A stretch of DNA of 34,235 nt from an uncultured Deferribacteres bacterium. GTDB lineage: Bacteria; Zhuqueibacterota; Zhuqueibacteria; Zhuqueibacterales; Geothermadaptataceae. Positions 8,856 to 16,781 of this stretch are shown here, in pieces; positions within the stretch are counted from its first letter, which is position 1; every line of letters begins with the position of its first letter. The position numbers were made by a program, and so were the translations under genes. The stretch covers positions 1 to 34,235 of the forward strand of contig CAXHAT010000080.1 of the NCBI GenBank assembly GCA_964014485.1, written 5' to 3'. Under the pieces are notes generated by a model. That model did not search any database and was not told the origin of the DNA. It was given only the letters and a program-made list of their open reading frames with translations.

Positions 8856-9266
8856 AAAACCACCTTTCTGATTTAGGTCAAAGACGAGAAGCAAACACAC
8901 TGTAAAAGGGAATGAATGCGAAGCCGAATAGGATGTGCGAAACAGTCATGAGAGCGTTTTTGCTCTTGCCGCCAAAGTTTCATTACCCATCATTGACAAA
9001 TTTTGAGTAAAGTTTCAAAAAGGACAAATGCTATGCAGACAGATAGAAGTGAAACAGCATTTTTCTTTTCGCGATAAAGCCTGCATTCGAAATGAAGGTT
9101 TTCCAATTCCAAATCTTCACGGCTTGTTTTTTAAGATGTCGTTAGATAGATTCTCTGATTGCAATTTTGGCCTATTGTTGAACTTTTCCTGTAAAATTTA
9201 CGTTTGAACCGAAGCCAAATTTTCTGCAATAGAAAAATTCATACAAAAACGGAAAGGAGGATTTCC

Positions 9267-12113
9267 ATGTCGAAAATTAAAACAGCCCTACTCGGCGCAG
9301 TTTGTTTGATCGCCGCAGCCGGGGCGTTCGCCAGCGAGACGGACAACAAGTCCGATGCGAAAATTTTCCCCTACAAGTATGAAATGCGTGATCTCAAAAA
9401 CGGCTTGCGCGTCATCGTCGTCCCGACGGACTACCCGAATATTGTCGCCTTGCAGATTCCGGTAAGCGTCGGGTCGCGCAATGAAGTTGAGTCTGGGAAA
9501 ACCGGCTTTGCACATTTTTTTGAGCACATGATGTTCCGCGGCACGCCAAATTATTCCGCCGAAGAATACAACGCGCTCATTAAAAACACCGGGGCCGACC
9601 AGAACGCCTGGACGAGCGACGACATGACCAATTACCACACCACTTTTTCAAAAGATGACTTGGAACTCGTGCTCAAGCTCGAAGCCGACCGTTTCCAGAA
9701 CTTGAAATTTTCCGTCGAAGATTTCAAAACCGAAGCGCGGGCGGTTCTGGGCGAATATAACAAGAATTTCGCCAACCCCTTCCGCCGCCTTTTCGAAGCC
9801 CAACGCAAGGTGACTTATGAAAAACACACCTATCGTCACACCACGATGGGCTTCATCGAAGACATCGAAAACATGCCGAACCAGTTCGAGTACAGCCTTA
9901 AATTTTTCGACCGTTACTACCGCCCGGAGTATGTCACAATCATCCTCGTCGGTGATCTCGACGCGGATAAAACTTTTAAATTGGTTGAAAAACATTGGGG
10001 ATCGTGGAAGGGCGGCGACTACAAACCGGAAATCCCGCAAGAACCGGCGCCAAGCGGCCCGATTTACGCGCACTCCAAAAACGATACGCCCACCCTGCCC
10101 CTCGTTTCCGTCGCTTTTCGCGGCCCGGCTTTTTCCGATACAAAAAACGATATGGCGGCGATGGACATTATTCAGAGCTACGCCTTTTCTCCGAGTTCGC
10201 CGCTCTATCAAAAATTGGTCGTCAAAGAGCAGAAAGTCGACGTTTTCGGTCCAAGCTTCCCGGATCAAACCGACCCGGCATTGCTCACGGTTTTGGCGCG
10301 TGTCAAAGATCCGAAAGACGTTTGGTATGTTCGCGATGAAATCTTGAAAGGCTTTGCGCAGCTCCGCGTTGAGCGCGTGGATGAGAAGCGTTTGGCGGAC
10401 ATCAAAGGCAATCTGAAGTACGGTTTCGCCAACGGCATGGACAATTCCGAAGCCATCGCCGAAGCGCTGGTCGGCTACGTGGCGCGGACGCGCGACCCTG
10501 AGACGATCAATCGCGTCTATCGCTTGTATGATTCGGTAACGGCGGACGACGTCATTGAAAAAGCCAACAAATATTTCACCGACAAAGGCTTGGTCACGGT
10601 CACGCTGAGTCACGAAGATTTGCCGGAAATTGACGACCAGGCAGGCTCGGTTGAAGGTTTTGCCAAGATGGACGCGCAAGCAGCTCCCGAAATTGCAACG
10701 CTGCTACAAAAGGGCAGTTCGCCGCTCATCAACATCCGCCTTCTGTTCAACGTCGGCGCCGCGTCCGATCCGGACGGCAAGGAAGGGCTGGCGAATTTGA
10801 CCGCGGCGGTTTTGACCGGCGGCGGCAGCAAGGAAATGAAGTACACCGAAATTCAAAAAGCGCTCTTTCCGATTGCGGCGGGCGGCGGCTACCAGGTCGA
10901 TAAGGAAATGACCGTTTTTACCGGCACGACGCATAAAGACAATCTGGAGAAATTCCACGGCATCGTCCTGCCGCAACTGCTCAATCCCGGCTGGGACGAA
11001 GACGATTTCAAGCGCGTGAAGACGAACATGATCAATGCGATCAAAGTGAGCCTGCGCGAAAATAATGACGAGGAATTGGGTAAGGAAGTGCTTTACGAAG
11101 AGATTTACAAAGGCCATCCTTATGGTCACTTAAACCTCGGCCACATCGAAAGCGTGGAAAATCTGAAGCTGGACGATGTGAAGGATTTTTACGCGAAGAA
11201 CTATACCCGCGCCAATCTGACGCTTGGCCTCGCCGGGGATTTCAGCGACGGTTACGTGGCGAAATTCAAGCGCGATCTCGGCGTTCTCGCCGAAGGTGAG
11301 ATGAAGAAAATGGAACTGCCCGCGCCGGAAGCTTTCGATGGCTTGCACGCGACGATTGTTGAGAAAAACACGCGCGCGACGGCGATTTCGTTTGGATTTC
11401 CGATTGATGTGAATCGTTCGCACAAAGATTTCGCGGCGCTTTGGCTGGCGCGTTCTTATCTCGGCGAGCACCGTTCGAGCAACAGCCATTTGTTTCAGCG
11501 CATCCGCGAAGTGCGCGGCATGAACTACGGCGATTATGCGTACATCGAATATTTTCCCAGCGGTATGTTTCAATTCCACCCCGATCCGAATCTTGGCCGC
11601 CAGCAGCAGATTTTCCAGATATGGATTCGTCCAGTGACGCCGGAAAATGCGCACTTTGCCATTCGCGCCGGGATGTTTGAGTTAAATAAGTTGGTGACGG
11701 AAGGCATGTCTGAAGAAGATTTTGAAGCGACGCGCAATTATTTGCTGAAGTTCGTCAACATTCTCACGAAGACGCAGGATCGACAACTGGGTTATGCGTT
11801 GGACAGCAAGTATTACGGCGTCGGCGAGTTCACCAGCTTTATTCGTGATGAATTAAAAAAGCTGACCGTCGCTGATGTGAATCGCGTTATTAAAGCGCAC
11901 TTGCAGGATAAAAACATCAAGTTTGCGATTATCGCGAAAGACGCGGCTGGTTTGCGCGACCGTTTGCTGAACAACACGGAATCGCCGATCAAGTACGACG
12001 CGCCGAAACCTGACGACGTGCTCGCAGAAGATGTTCTTATTCAGAATTTGAAGCTGGATTTCAAGCCGGAGAATGTTAAAATCGTGCCGGTTGAAAAGGT
12101 ATTTAACGACTAA
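9267..12113 (+). CDS. M16 (insulinase/pitrilysin) family zinc peptidase, single chain with both halves, exported
   Basis: GFAHFFEHMMFRGT (inverted HxxEH) and NAWTSDDMTNY. The second half has DPDGKEGLANLTA and IREVRGMNY. Signal peptide ending AGAFA. SD AAAGGAGG before ATG 9267. Confidence 0.93.
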   Translation: MSKIKTALLGAVCLIAAAGAFASETDNKSDAKIFPYKYEMRDLKNGLRVIVVPTDYPNIVALQIPVSVGSRNEVESGKTGFAHFFEHMMFRGTPNYSAEEYNALIKNTGADQNAWTSDDMTNYHTTFSKDDLELVLKLEADRFQNLKFSVEDFKTEARAVLGEYNKNFANPFRRLFEAQRKVTYEKHTYRHTTMGFIEDIENMPNQFEYSLKFFDRYYRPEYVTIILVGDLDADKTFKLVEKHWGSWKGGDYKPEIPQEPAPSGPIYAHSKNDTPTLPLVSVAFRGPAFSDTKNDMAAMDIIQSYAFSPSSPLYQKLVVKEQKVDVFGPSFPDQTDPALLTVLARVKDPKDVWYVRDEILKGFAQLRVERVDEKRLADIKGNLKYGFANGMDNSEAIAEALVGYVARTRDPETINRVYRLYDSVTADDVIEKANKYFTDKGLVTVTLSHEDLPEIDDQAGSVEGFAKMDAQAAPEIATLLQKGSSPLINIRLLFNVGAASDPDGKEGLANLTAAVLTGGGSKEMKYTEIQKALFPIAAGGGYQVDKEMTVFTGTTHKDNLEKFHGIVLPQLLNPGWDEDDFKRVKTNMINAIKVSLRENNDEELGKEVLYEEIYKGHPYGHLNLGHIESVENLKLDDVKDFYAKNYTRANLTLGLAGDFSDGYVAKFKRDLGVLAEGEMKKMELPAPEAFDGLHATIVEKNTRATAISFGFPIDVNRSHKDFAALWLARSYLGEHRSSNSHLFQRIREVRGMNYGDYAYIEYFPSGMFQFHPDPNLGRQQQIFQIWIRPVTPENAHFAIRAGMFELNKLVTEGMSEEDFEATRNYLLKFVNILTKTQDRQLGYALDSKYYGVGEFTSFIRDELKKLTVADVNRVIKAHLQDKNIKFAIIAKDAAGLRDRLLNNTESPIKYDAPKPDDVLAEDVLIQNLKLDFKPENVKIVPVEKVFND

Positions 12114-12162
12114 GTGTTTGGATTTCAGGAGCGCTCTGCTTTTGAGTAACTCTTCTCGGAGT

Positions 12163-12281
12163 GGGGCTGTCCAAAACATGGTCTCTGAATGCAAAGCGTA
12201 CAACATGTCGTAGGGGTCCAAGATTTTGAACCCCTACATGTGATGTAGCGCATCAAAAATGTTATGTTTTGAAACAACCCC
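12163..12281. mobile_element. MITE-like element containing a REP palindrome
   Basis: Imperfect terminal inverted repeats GGGGCTGTCCAAAACAT (12163-12179) and ATGTTTTGAAACAACCCC (12264-12281). AGT flanks both sides (12160-12162, 12282-12284). No ORF of note inside. Confidence 0.5.
12210..12237. repeat. GTAG-type REP palindrome, copy 1
   Basis: GTAGGGGTCCAAGATTTTGAACCCCTAC, one base different from the copy at 28488-28515. Confidence 0.8.
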
Positions 12282-12424
12282 AGTGACGGCAAGCCCCGGG
12301 GCGAGTTACTTCCAAGACCGCAAGCGCGGCTGGTTAGCTGAACAAAAATTACTTGTTTGCGCTTGCCCCGTTTCTTTTATTCTGCGCTTCTCTTTCAAAC
12401 GCTTCATCATAATTTTCACTTCGA

Positions 12425-13426
12425 ATGAGTTTAACCGACCGCCTTAAACGTCCCCTTCAAGACCTGCGCATTTCAGTCACGGACCGTTGCAATTTCCGTT
12501 GCAATTATTGTATGCCGAAAGAGATTTTCGACCGCAATTACGCTTTTCTGCAGCGCGAACAACTTTTGTCCTTTGAAGAAATTACGCGCGTTGCGAAGGC
12601 ATTTATCAATCTCGGCGTTCGAAAAATCCGTTTAACCGGCGGCGAACCATTGCTGCGCAAAAATATCGAGCGCCTCATCGAAATGCTGGCTGAACTCGGC
12701 GCAGAAATCGCGCTGACGACCAACGGCTCGTTCCCGACTCATCGCGTCAGCTCGCTCAAAAACGCAGGCTTGAATCGCATGACCATAAGCCTGGATTCGT
12801 TGGACGACGGCGTTTTTCGTGCCATGAATGATGTTGATTTTCCGGTTCAACGAGTGCTCGATTGGATCGACGCGTGTGAGCGCGAAAAACTTGCCCCCGT
12901 CAAGATTAACATGGTGGTGAGGCGCGGCTGGAATGAAGTGAGCGTTCTGCCCATGATGCAATATTTCAAAGGTTCCGGGCATATTCTTCGTTTTGTCGAG
13001 TTTATGGACGTCGGGCACACCAATGGTTGGAAAATGGACGACGTTGTGCGGGCGCAGGAGATTGTCGAAATGATTCGTCGTGAAGCTCCGATTTCACCAA
13101 TCACTCCGAATTACGCCGGTGAAGTAGCGAAGCGCTGGCGCTTTGATGACGGAACCGGAGAAATCGGGATCATCGCTTCGGTGACGCAAGCTTTCTGCCG
13201 TGATTGTTCGCGTATTCGGCTTTCAGCGGACGGTTCGCTTTTCACTTGCCTTTTCGCGACCAAAGGATTTGACTTGCGCCAGAGATTGCGCTCAAACATG
13301 AGCGAAGAAGCGCTTGAAGAAACCATTCAGAATATTTGGCGGAAGCGTACGGATCGCTATTCAGAAATTCGCAGCGAAAAAACCGTCAACCTCGACAAAA
13401 TCGAAATGTCGTATATCGGCGGTTAG
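12425..13426 (+). CDS. moaA: GTP 3',8-cyclase MoaA (molybdenum cofactor biosynthesis, radical SAM)
   Basis: LRISVTDRCNFRCNYC (CxxxCxxC), RLTGGEPLLR, C-terminal cluster FCRDCSRIRLSADG...CLF and terminal MSYIGG. Confidence 0.97.
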   Translation: MSLTDRLKRPLQDLRISVTDRCNFRCNYCMPKEIFDRNYAFLQREQLLSFEEITRVAKAFINLGVRKIRLTGGEPLLRKNIERLIEMLAELGAEIALTTNGSFPTHRVSSLKNAGLNRMTISLDSLDDGVFRAMNDVDFPVQRVLDWIDACEREKLAPVKINMVVRRGWNEVSVLPMMQYFKGSGHILRFVEFMDVGHTNGWKMDDVVRAQEIVEMIRREAPISPITPNYAGEVAKRWRFDDGTGEIGIIASVTQAFCRDCSRIRLSADGSLFTCLFATKGFDLRQRLRSNMSEEALEETIQNIWRKRTDRYSEIRSEKTVNLDKIEMSYIGG

Positions 13427-13435
13427 CCTATGGAT

Positions 13436-13473
13436 TCGTTTTTGCATTAGTTAGTAAATCATGCGAAAAACGA
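13436..13473. terminator. AT-rich hairpin after moaA
   Basis: TCGTTTTTGCAT ... ATGC(G)AAAAACGA starting 10 nt past the moaA stop. Weak stem with no strong U tract. Confidence 0.35.
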
Positions 13474-13681
13474 CTTACGCTTTCGCAGCTTGTTCTTTCT
13501 CTTCGATTCCAAATCTAGCCCGTTCCGGCCCCGAAAACGATTTTTAGCGCTGAACTCGACCCTGGTTTCCTTCCAAGCTTCGCATGATACAATTGCCCGC
13601 AGACGCCGGCGCAGTCGGTTGTAAAAAAGTCCGCCTGTGCCAGACTGAAACAATTGTACAGCACTGCAACGGGAGGACAAA

Positions 13682-14098
13682 ATGCCGGAACTCAATCTTT
13701 TTCTGAATGCACTTAGCATCGTTTCAGTTTCTTTAGGCCTTGGCGCTCTAACGCAGAAAATCAGCTTGCGATATCAACCGCCCTGGCTTTTGCAACTCGC
13801 CCTTTTCTCGTCTCTCGCCTTTCTTGCAACGTCGCTTTTCATCTATTTTTTCCAGGTGGATGCGATGTCATTTCTCTACGATATTTCCAAACGACAAATG
13901 TACTACGCTATTTTCCTCCCGCATGTGTTTTTTGCATTTACGGTTATCCCGCTCATTCTTGTCGCCGTCTGGATTGCCGAAGGCAGCACAAGAAGAATGC
14001 GCAAATACCGCACTATCATGACGTGGATCGTCCCGGTTTGGGCGTTCGTTTCCATGAGCGGCGGGCTGCTGTACTTCAATTTTTACAGGAATAGCTAA
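13682..14098 (+). CDS. DUF420-like four-helix membrane protein (divergent)
   Basis: N-terminal PELNLFLNALS and C-terminal YYAIFLPHVFFA..IPLI...W..PVWAFVSMSG.LLY match the DUF420 layout. Four hydrophobic segments. SD GGGAGG. Confidence 0.65.
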   Translation: MPELNLFLNALSIVSVSLGLGALTQKISLRYQPPWLLQLALFSSLAFLATSLFIYFFQVDAMSFLYDISKRQMYYAIFLPHVFFAFTVIPLILVAVWIAEGSTRRMRKYRTIMTWIVPVWAFVSMSGGLLYFNFYRNS

Positions 14099-14134
14099 AA
14101 ATGTAGGCGCACACTACGCGAACCGTCGGCCCTT

Positions 14135-14179
14135 AAAGCACAAAGCCCGCGCTTATTTCTAAACGCGGGCTCTTGTGCT
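14135..14179 (-). terminator. intrinsic terminator hairpin, U-richer tail on the minus strand, possibly bidirectional
   Basis: AGCACAA-AGCCCGCG (14137-14151) pairs with CGCGGGCT-C-TTGTGCT (14164-14179). On the minus strand the GC stem is followed by TTGTGCTTT. Confidence 0.7.
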
Positions 14180-14312
14180 GCTCTTATGGTTCTCTTAGTG
14201 GGAGGAGGAAATGGGAGTCTTTATATTCATGCTCAATTTTCTGACTCTTGGCGCTGGTTTACTGAAGTTCTTTCATTTTGTTTCAATTGAATCTCCTTCA
14301 ATCAACCAGTTA
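14135..14312 (-). ncRNA. candidate small RNA with CCUCCUCCC anti-SD motif
   Basis: Bounded by an ECF-like promoter (14318-14346) and a terminator (14135-14179). CCTCCTCCC (14200-14208, minus) lies about 20 nt before the terminator. The 5' end is estimated. Confidence 0.45.
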
Positions 14313-14317
14313 TTTTT

Positions 14318-14346
14318 ATAGACAGTCTTTTTCCCAAAAAGGTTTG
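14318..14346 (-). promoter_or_regulatory. ECF-sigma-type promoter
   Basis: Minus strand CAAACC-N17-GTCTAT, matching the general AAC...GTC ECF architecture. Confidence 0.5.
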
Positions 14347-14403
14347 AAAAAAAATCATTTTTTTGTCAGCAGAAAAATGTTACAAAATCTTCCTGCAAAA
14401 GCA

Positions 14404-14432
14404 TTGACTCTCGCGTCATAATCTAATATATT
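14404..14432 (+). promoter_or_regulatory. sigma70-type promoter
   Basis: TTGACT-N17-TATATT with an AT-rich upstream tract. Confidence 0.65.
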
Positions 14433-14549
14433 TTTACGTCATTTCAGTCAGCATTCGCGAATTCAACATCCTTGAATTCGCAGCAAATTCATCTCAACGC
14501 ACATTGCGTTGCGCTAAATTCCTAACTCCTTGCTACGGAGGTCCTCACC

Positions 14550-14747
14550 ATGACATTAGGTAAGCGATTGATGCAAATGACGCACCGCGGCCGTTGGGCC
14601 CTCTTCTCTTCCCTTGTCGAAATCCCGGAAAACCTGCAAAAGCGTTTGCCCGCTCCTCCTAAAGACGAATCGAAAGAAGATCCGGAAAATGCGATCTTCG
14701 AAAACGACTTCTTTCGAAACGCCAGGAAACTGACGCCGAGTCTTTAG
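14550..14747 (+). CDS. small hypothetical protein (65 aa)
   Basis: SD GGAGG (14537-14541) before ATG, downstream of a good promoter, in otherwise free intergenic space. Confidence 0.6.
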   Translation: MTLGKRLMQMTHRGRWALFSSLVEIPENLQKRLPAPPKDESKEDPENAIFENDFFRNARKLTPSL

Positions 14748-14809
14748 TGTGCGCAAACAAGACGGCGCTTTTTCGCCATAACCCAGCTCAATAACCGGAA
14801 ACAGTACGT

Positions 14810-14983
14810 ATGTCCAAGAAAATCTATGGCGCAATATTACTAGCCGTCGGCTTTTTCGTCGCTTTCGACACCTACCTGGGAATTCAAACGCGAGACGTTT
14901 CGGGACGTGATTTTCTCGCTTTCGCCGTTTGCATTTTCCTTATTATTCGAGGACTGCTTGTGTTCACCTCAGGGAAGAGGTAA
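14810..14983 (+). CDS. small two-TM membrane protein (57 aa), not in the ORF track
   Basis: Hand translation: MSKKIYGAILLAVGFFVAFDTYLGIQTRDVSGRDFLAFAVCIFLIIRGLLVFTSGKR*. Two hydrophobic helices with basic termini. Confidence 0.65.
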   Translation: MSKKIYGAILLAVGFFVAFDTYLGIQTRDVSGRDFLAFAVCIFLIIRGLLVFTSGKR

Positions 14984-15040
14984 TTTTTATCCGCCGTACG
15001 CGCTTCACTCAATTCCATTCCCAGCTCACCCCCTTTCCAG

Positions 15041-15069
15041 TTGACAATTTAGCGTCAATATTTTATAAT
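15041..15069 (+). promoter_or_regulatory. perfect-consensus sigma70 promoter with overlapping palindrome
   Basis: TTGACA-N17-TATAAT. TTGAC-N8-GTCAA (15041-15058) overlaps the -35 box and spacer. Confidence 0.8.
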
Positions 15070-15113
15070 CCGCACCTGCTTTATTATTAACAAGTATTTA
15101 GACCGACTTTTTC

Positions 15114-15575
15114 ATGGATACTCTTTTCAAAGTTATCATCATGGTCACGGTAGCCGTGTCCGGCGGCCTGATGTTCCGATCCTGGTTAGAAAATCAGCGC
15201 AAGGCCAAGAAGCGTAAGACTTTTGTACAAGATATGGCAAAAAAGGCCGAGGGAGGCTTCCAAAACGCATTAAAGGGGCAAGATACCGATGACGTAAAAG
15301 CGTATGTCAGCGGGGCTTATTCTTTATTTCTGCGCGATCTTCCTTACAGACACGAGGGTCCCGGAGAAGCCATGAAGTACTACAGCGACTTGATGAAAGA
15401 TGGGGCGTCTCAGACGATGTTCAACAAGAAGTTCATGATGCTGGGGAGTTCCACCGCCATTGTGACTTACAACTGGACGAAGGGGAAAAACAGCGGCAAA
15501 ACCACCCAAATTTGGCGCGTGGAAAAAGGCAGTTGGAAAATCGTTCACGACCATACCAGCCTCAACAAAGGGTAG
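15114..15575 (+). CDS. membrane-anchored NTF2-like (DUF4440/SnoaL-like) protein
   Basis: N-terminal TM helix and basic linker. C-terminal TAIVTYNW...GKTTQIWRVEKGSWKIVHDHTS is typical of NTF2-like folds. Confidence 0.7.
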   Translation: MDTLFKVIIMVTVAVSGGLMFRSWLENQRKAKKRKTFVQDMAKKAEGGFQNALKGQDTDDVKAYVSGAYSLFLRDLPYRHEGPGEAMKYYSDLMKDGASQTMFNKKFMMLGSSTAIVTYNWTKGKNSGKTTQIWRVEKGSWKIVHDHTSLNKG

Positions 15576-15578
15576 GTT

Positions 15579-16763
15579 GTGAAAAAGCTCGACTTGCAGG
15601 CAATTCGCGAAGACTTTCAACAATCAGACATCAAGATTTACTTCAATTCCGGCCTCGTTGGCTTTCCCGCCAAGTCCGTATTCCAAAAAACCACAGAATT
15701 CTACCAACAACTGCATTTCAAGTCAGAGTCCGAGTATTTTCAGATTTTCGGTGAAATGGAGGCGCTCTGGCAAGAGACCGCGCCGCAATTCATCAACTGT
15801 TCGCCGGAAGAAATCATCGGTTTGCCAAATACGACGACGGGCATGAATTACATCACGACCGCGATTCCATGGCGTCCGGGCGACAACGTCGTGATCAGTG
15901 AATTGGAGTTCGTCAGTCAACACATTGCTTTCCACCATTTCAAAGAAAATTTTGGCTTTGAGATTCGCGTCGCCAAAAGAGACGGCTGGCGCATTCCGCT
16001 TGAAAATGTAACGTCTCTCATCGATGAACGGACGCGTTTGGTTGCTTTATCATACGTGTCGTTTGTGAACGGCTTCCGTCACAACATTGCCGCAATCGCC
16101 GAGGCGGCGCACCAAAAAGGCGCGTGGGTCGCCATTGACGCGATCCAGGCGCTTGGCCCGCTCAAGGTAGACGTCAAAGCGTTGGACGTGGATTTCCTCG
16201 TCTCCGGCAATTCCAAATGGCTTATGTCCCTGCCTGGTTGGGGCGTTATGTACGTCAGGAAAGAAATCATTTCACAATTGCGCCGTCCGGTCGCCGGATT
16301 TTTATCGTTAGAAAATCAGCAAGAAGCCATCGACGATTGGAGCGACGGCCCGGTTTTCGTCAAACCTTACGAAATCACCAATTCGCGGATTGACAAATTC
16401 AGACTCAGTACTGAAAACATCATGGGGAAGTTGTCGCTGCTTTATTCAATGAAAAATTTCATGCGGCTCGGGCAAGAAACGATTGAGCGACACGTCCTTG
16501 AATTATCCGGCTATTTAATGGAGCGTTTGCAGGAAAAAGGGCATGAATTGAGAAGCGTTCAGGCGCTCCAACATCGTTCCGCAATCGTCAGCTTTTTGCC
16601 GCGGCGAGAGCCGGAGAACTTTCTGCAAAAGATGGAGCGGCGAAACATCTATTTTTGTCGTCGCGGCGGCGGCTATCGCATTTCCTTGCACGTTTTTAAT
16701 ACTTTTGAAGAAATCGATCGTTGTATTGACGCTATCGAACAAATCATTTCATCAAGAACCTAA
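15579..16763 (+). CDS. aminotransferase class V-fold PLP-dependent enzyme
   Basis: NTTTGMN, IDAIQALG, DFLVSGNSKWL (PLP lysine) and RISLHVFNT motifs. GTG start 3 nt after the upstream stop. Confidence 0.9.
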   Translation: MKKLDLQAIREDFQQSDIKIYFNSGLVGFPAKSVFQKTTEFYQQLHFKSESEYFQIFGEMEALWQETAPQFINCSPEEIIGLPNTTTGMNYITTAIPWRPGDNVVISELEFVSQHIAFHHFKENFGFEIRVAKRDGWRIPLENVTSLIDERTRLVALSYVSFVNGFRHNIAAIAEAAHQKGAWVAIDAIQALGPLKVDVKALDVDFLVSGNSKWLMSLPGWGVMYVRKEIISQLRRPVAGFLSLENQQEAIDDWSDGPVFVKPYEITNSRIDKFRLSTENIMGKLSLLYSMKNFMRLGQETIERHVLELSGYLMERLQEKGHELRSVQALQHRSAIVSFLPRREPENFLQKMERRNIYFCRRGGGYRISLHVFNTFEEIDRCIDAIEQIISSRT

Positions 16764-16781
16764 TTCACGAGGGAGATTCTC

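Noticed and set aside
9648..10679. 343-aa minus-strand ORF, and similar long antisense ORFs over the symporter and GT genes
   Set aside because: These are shadows of well-supported genes on the opposite strand and have no domain features.
12282..12424. Canonical Moco riboswitch before moaA
   Set aside because: I could not find the hallmark 3' stem enclosing the SD. Kept only as a low-confidence unknown structure.
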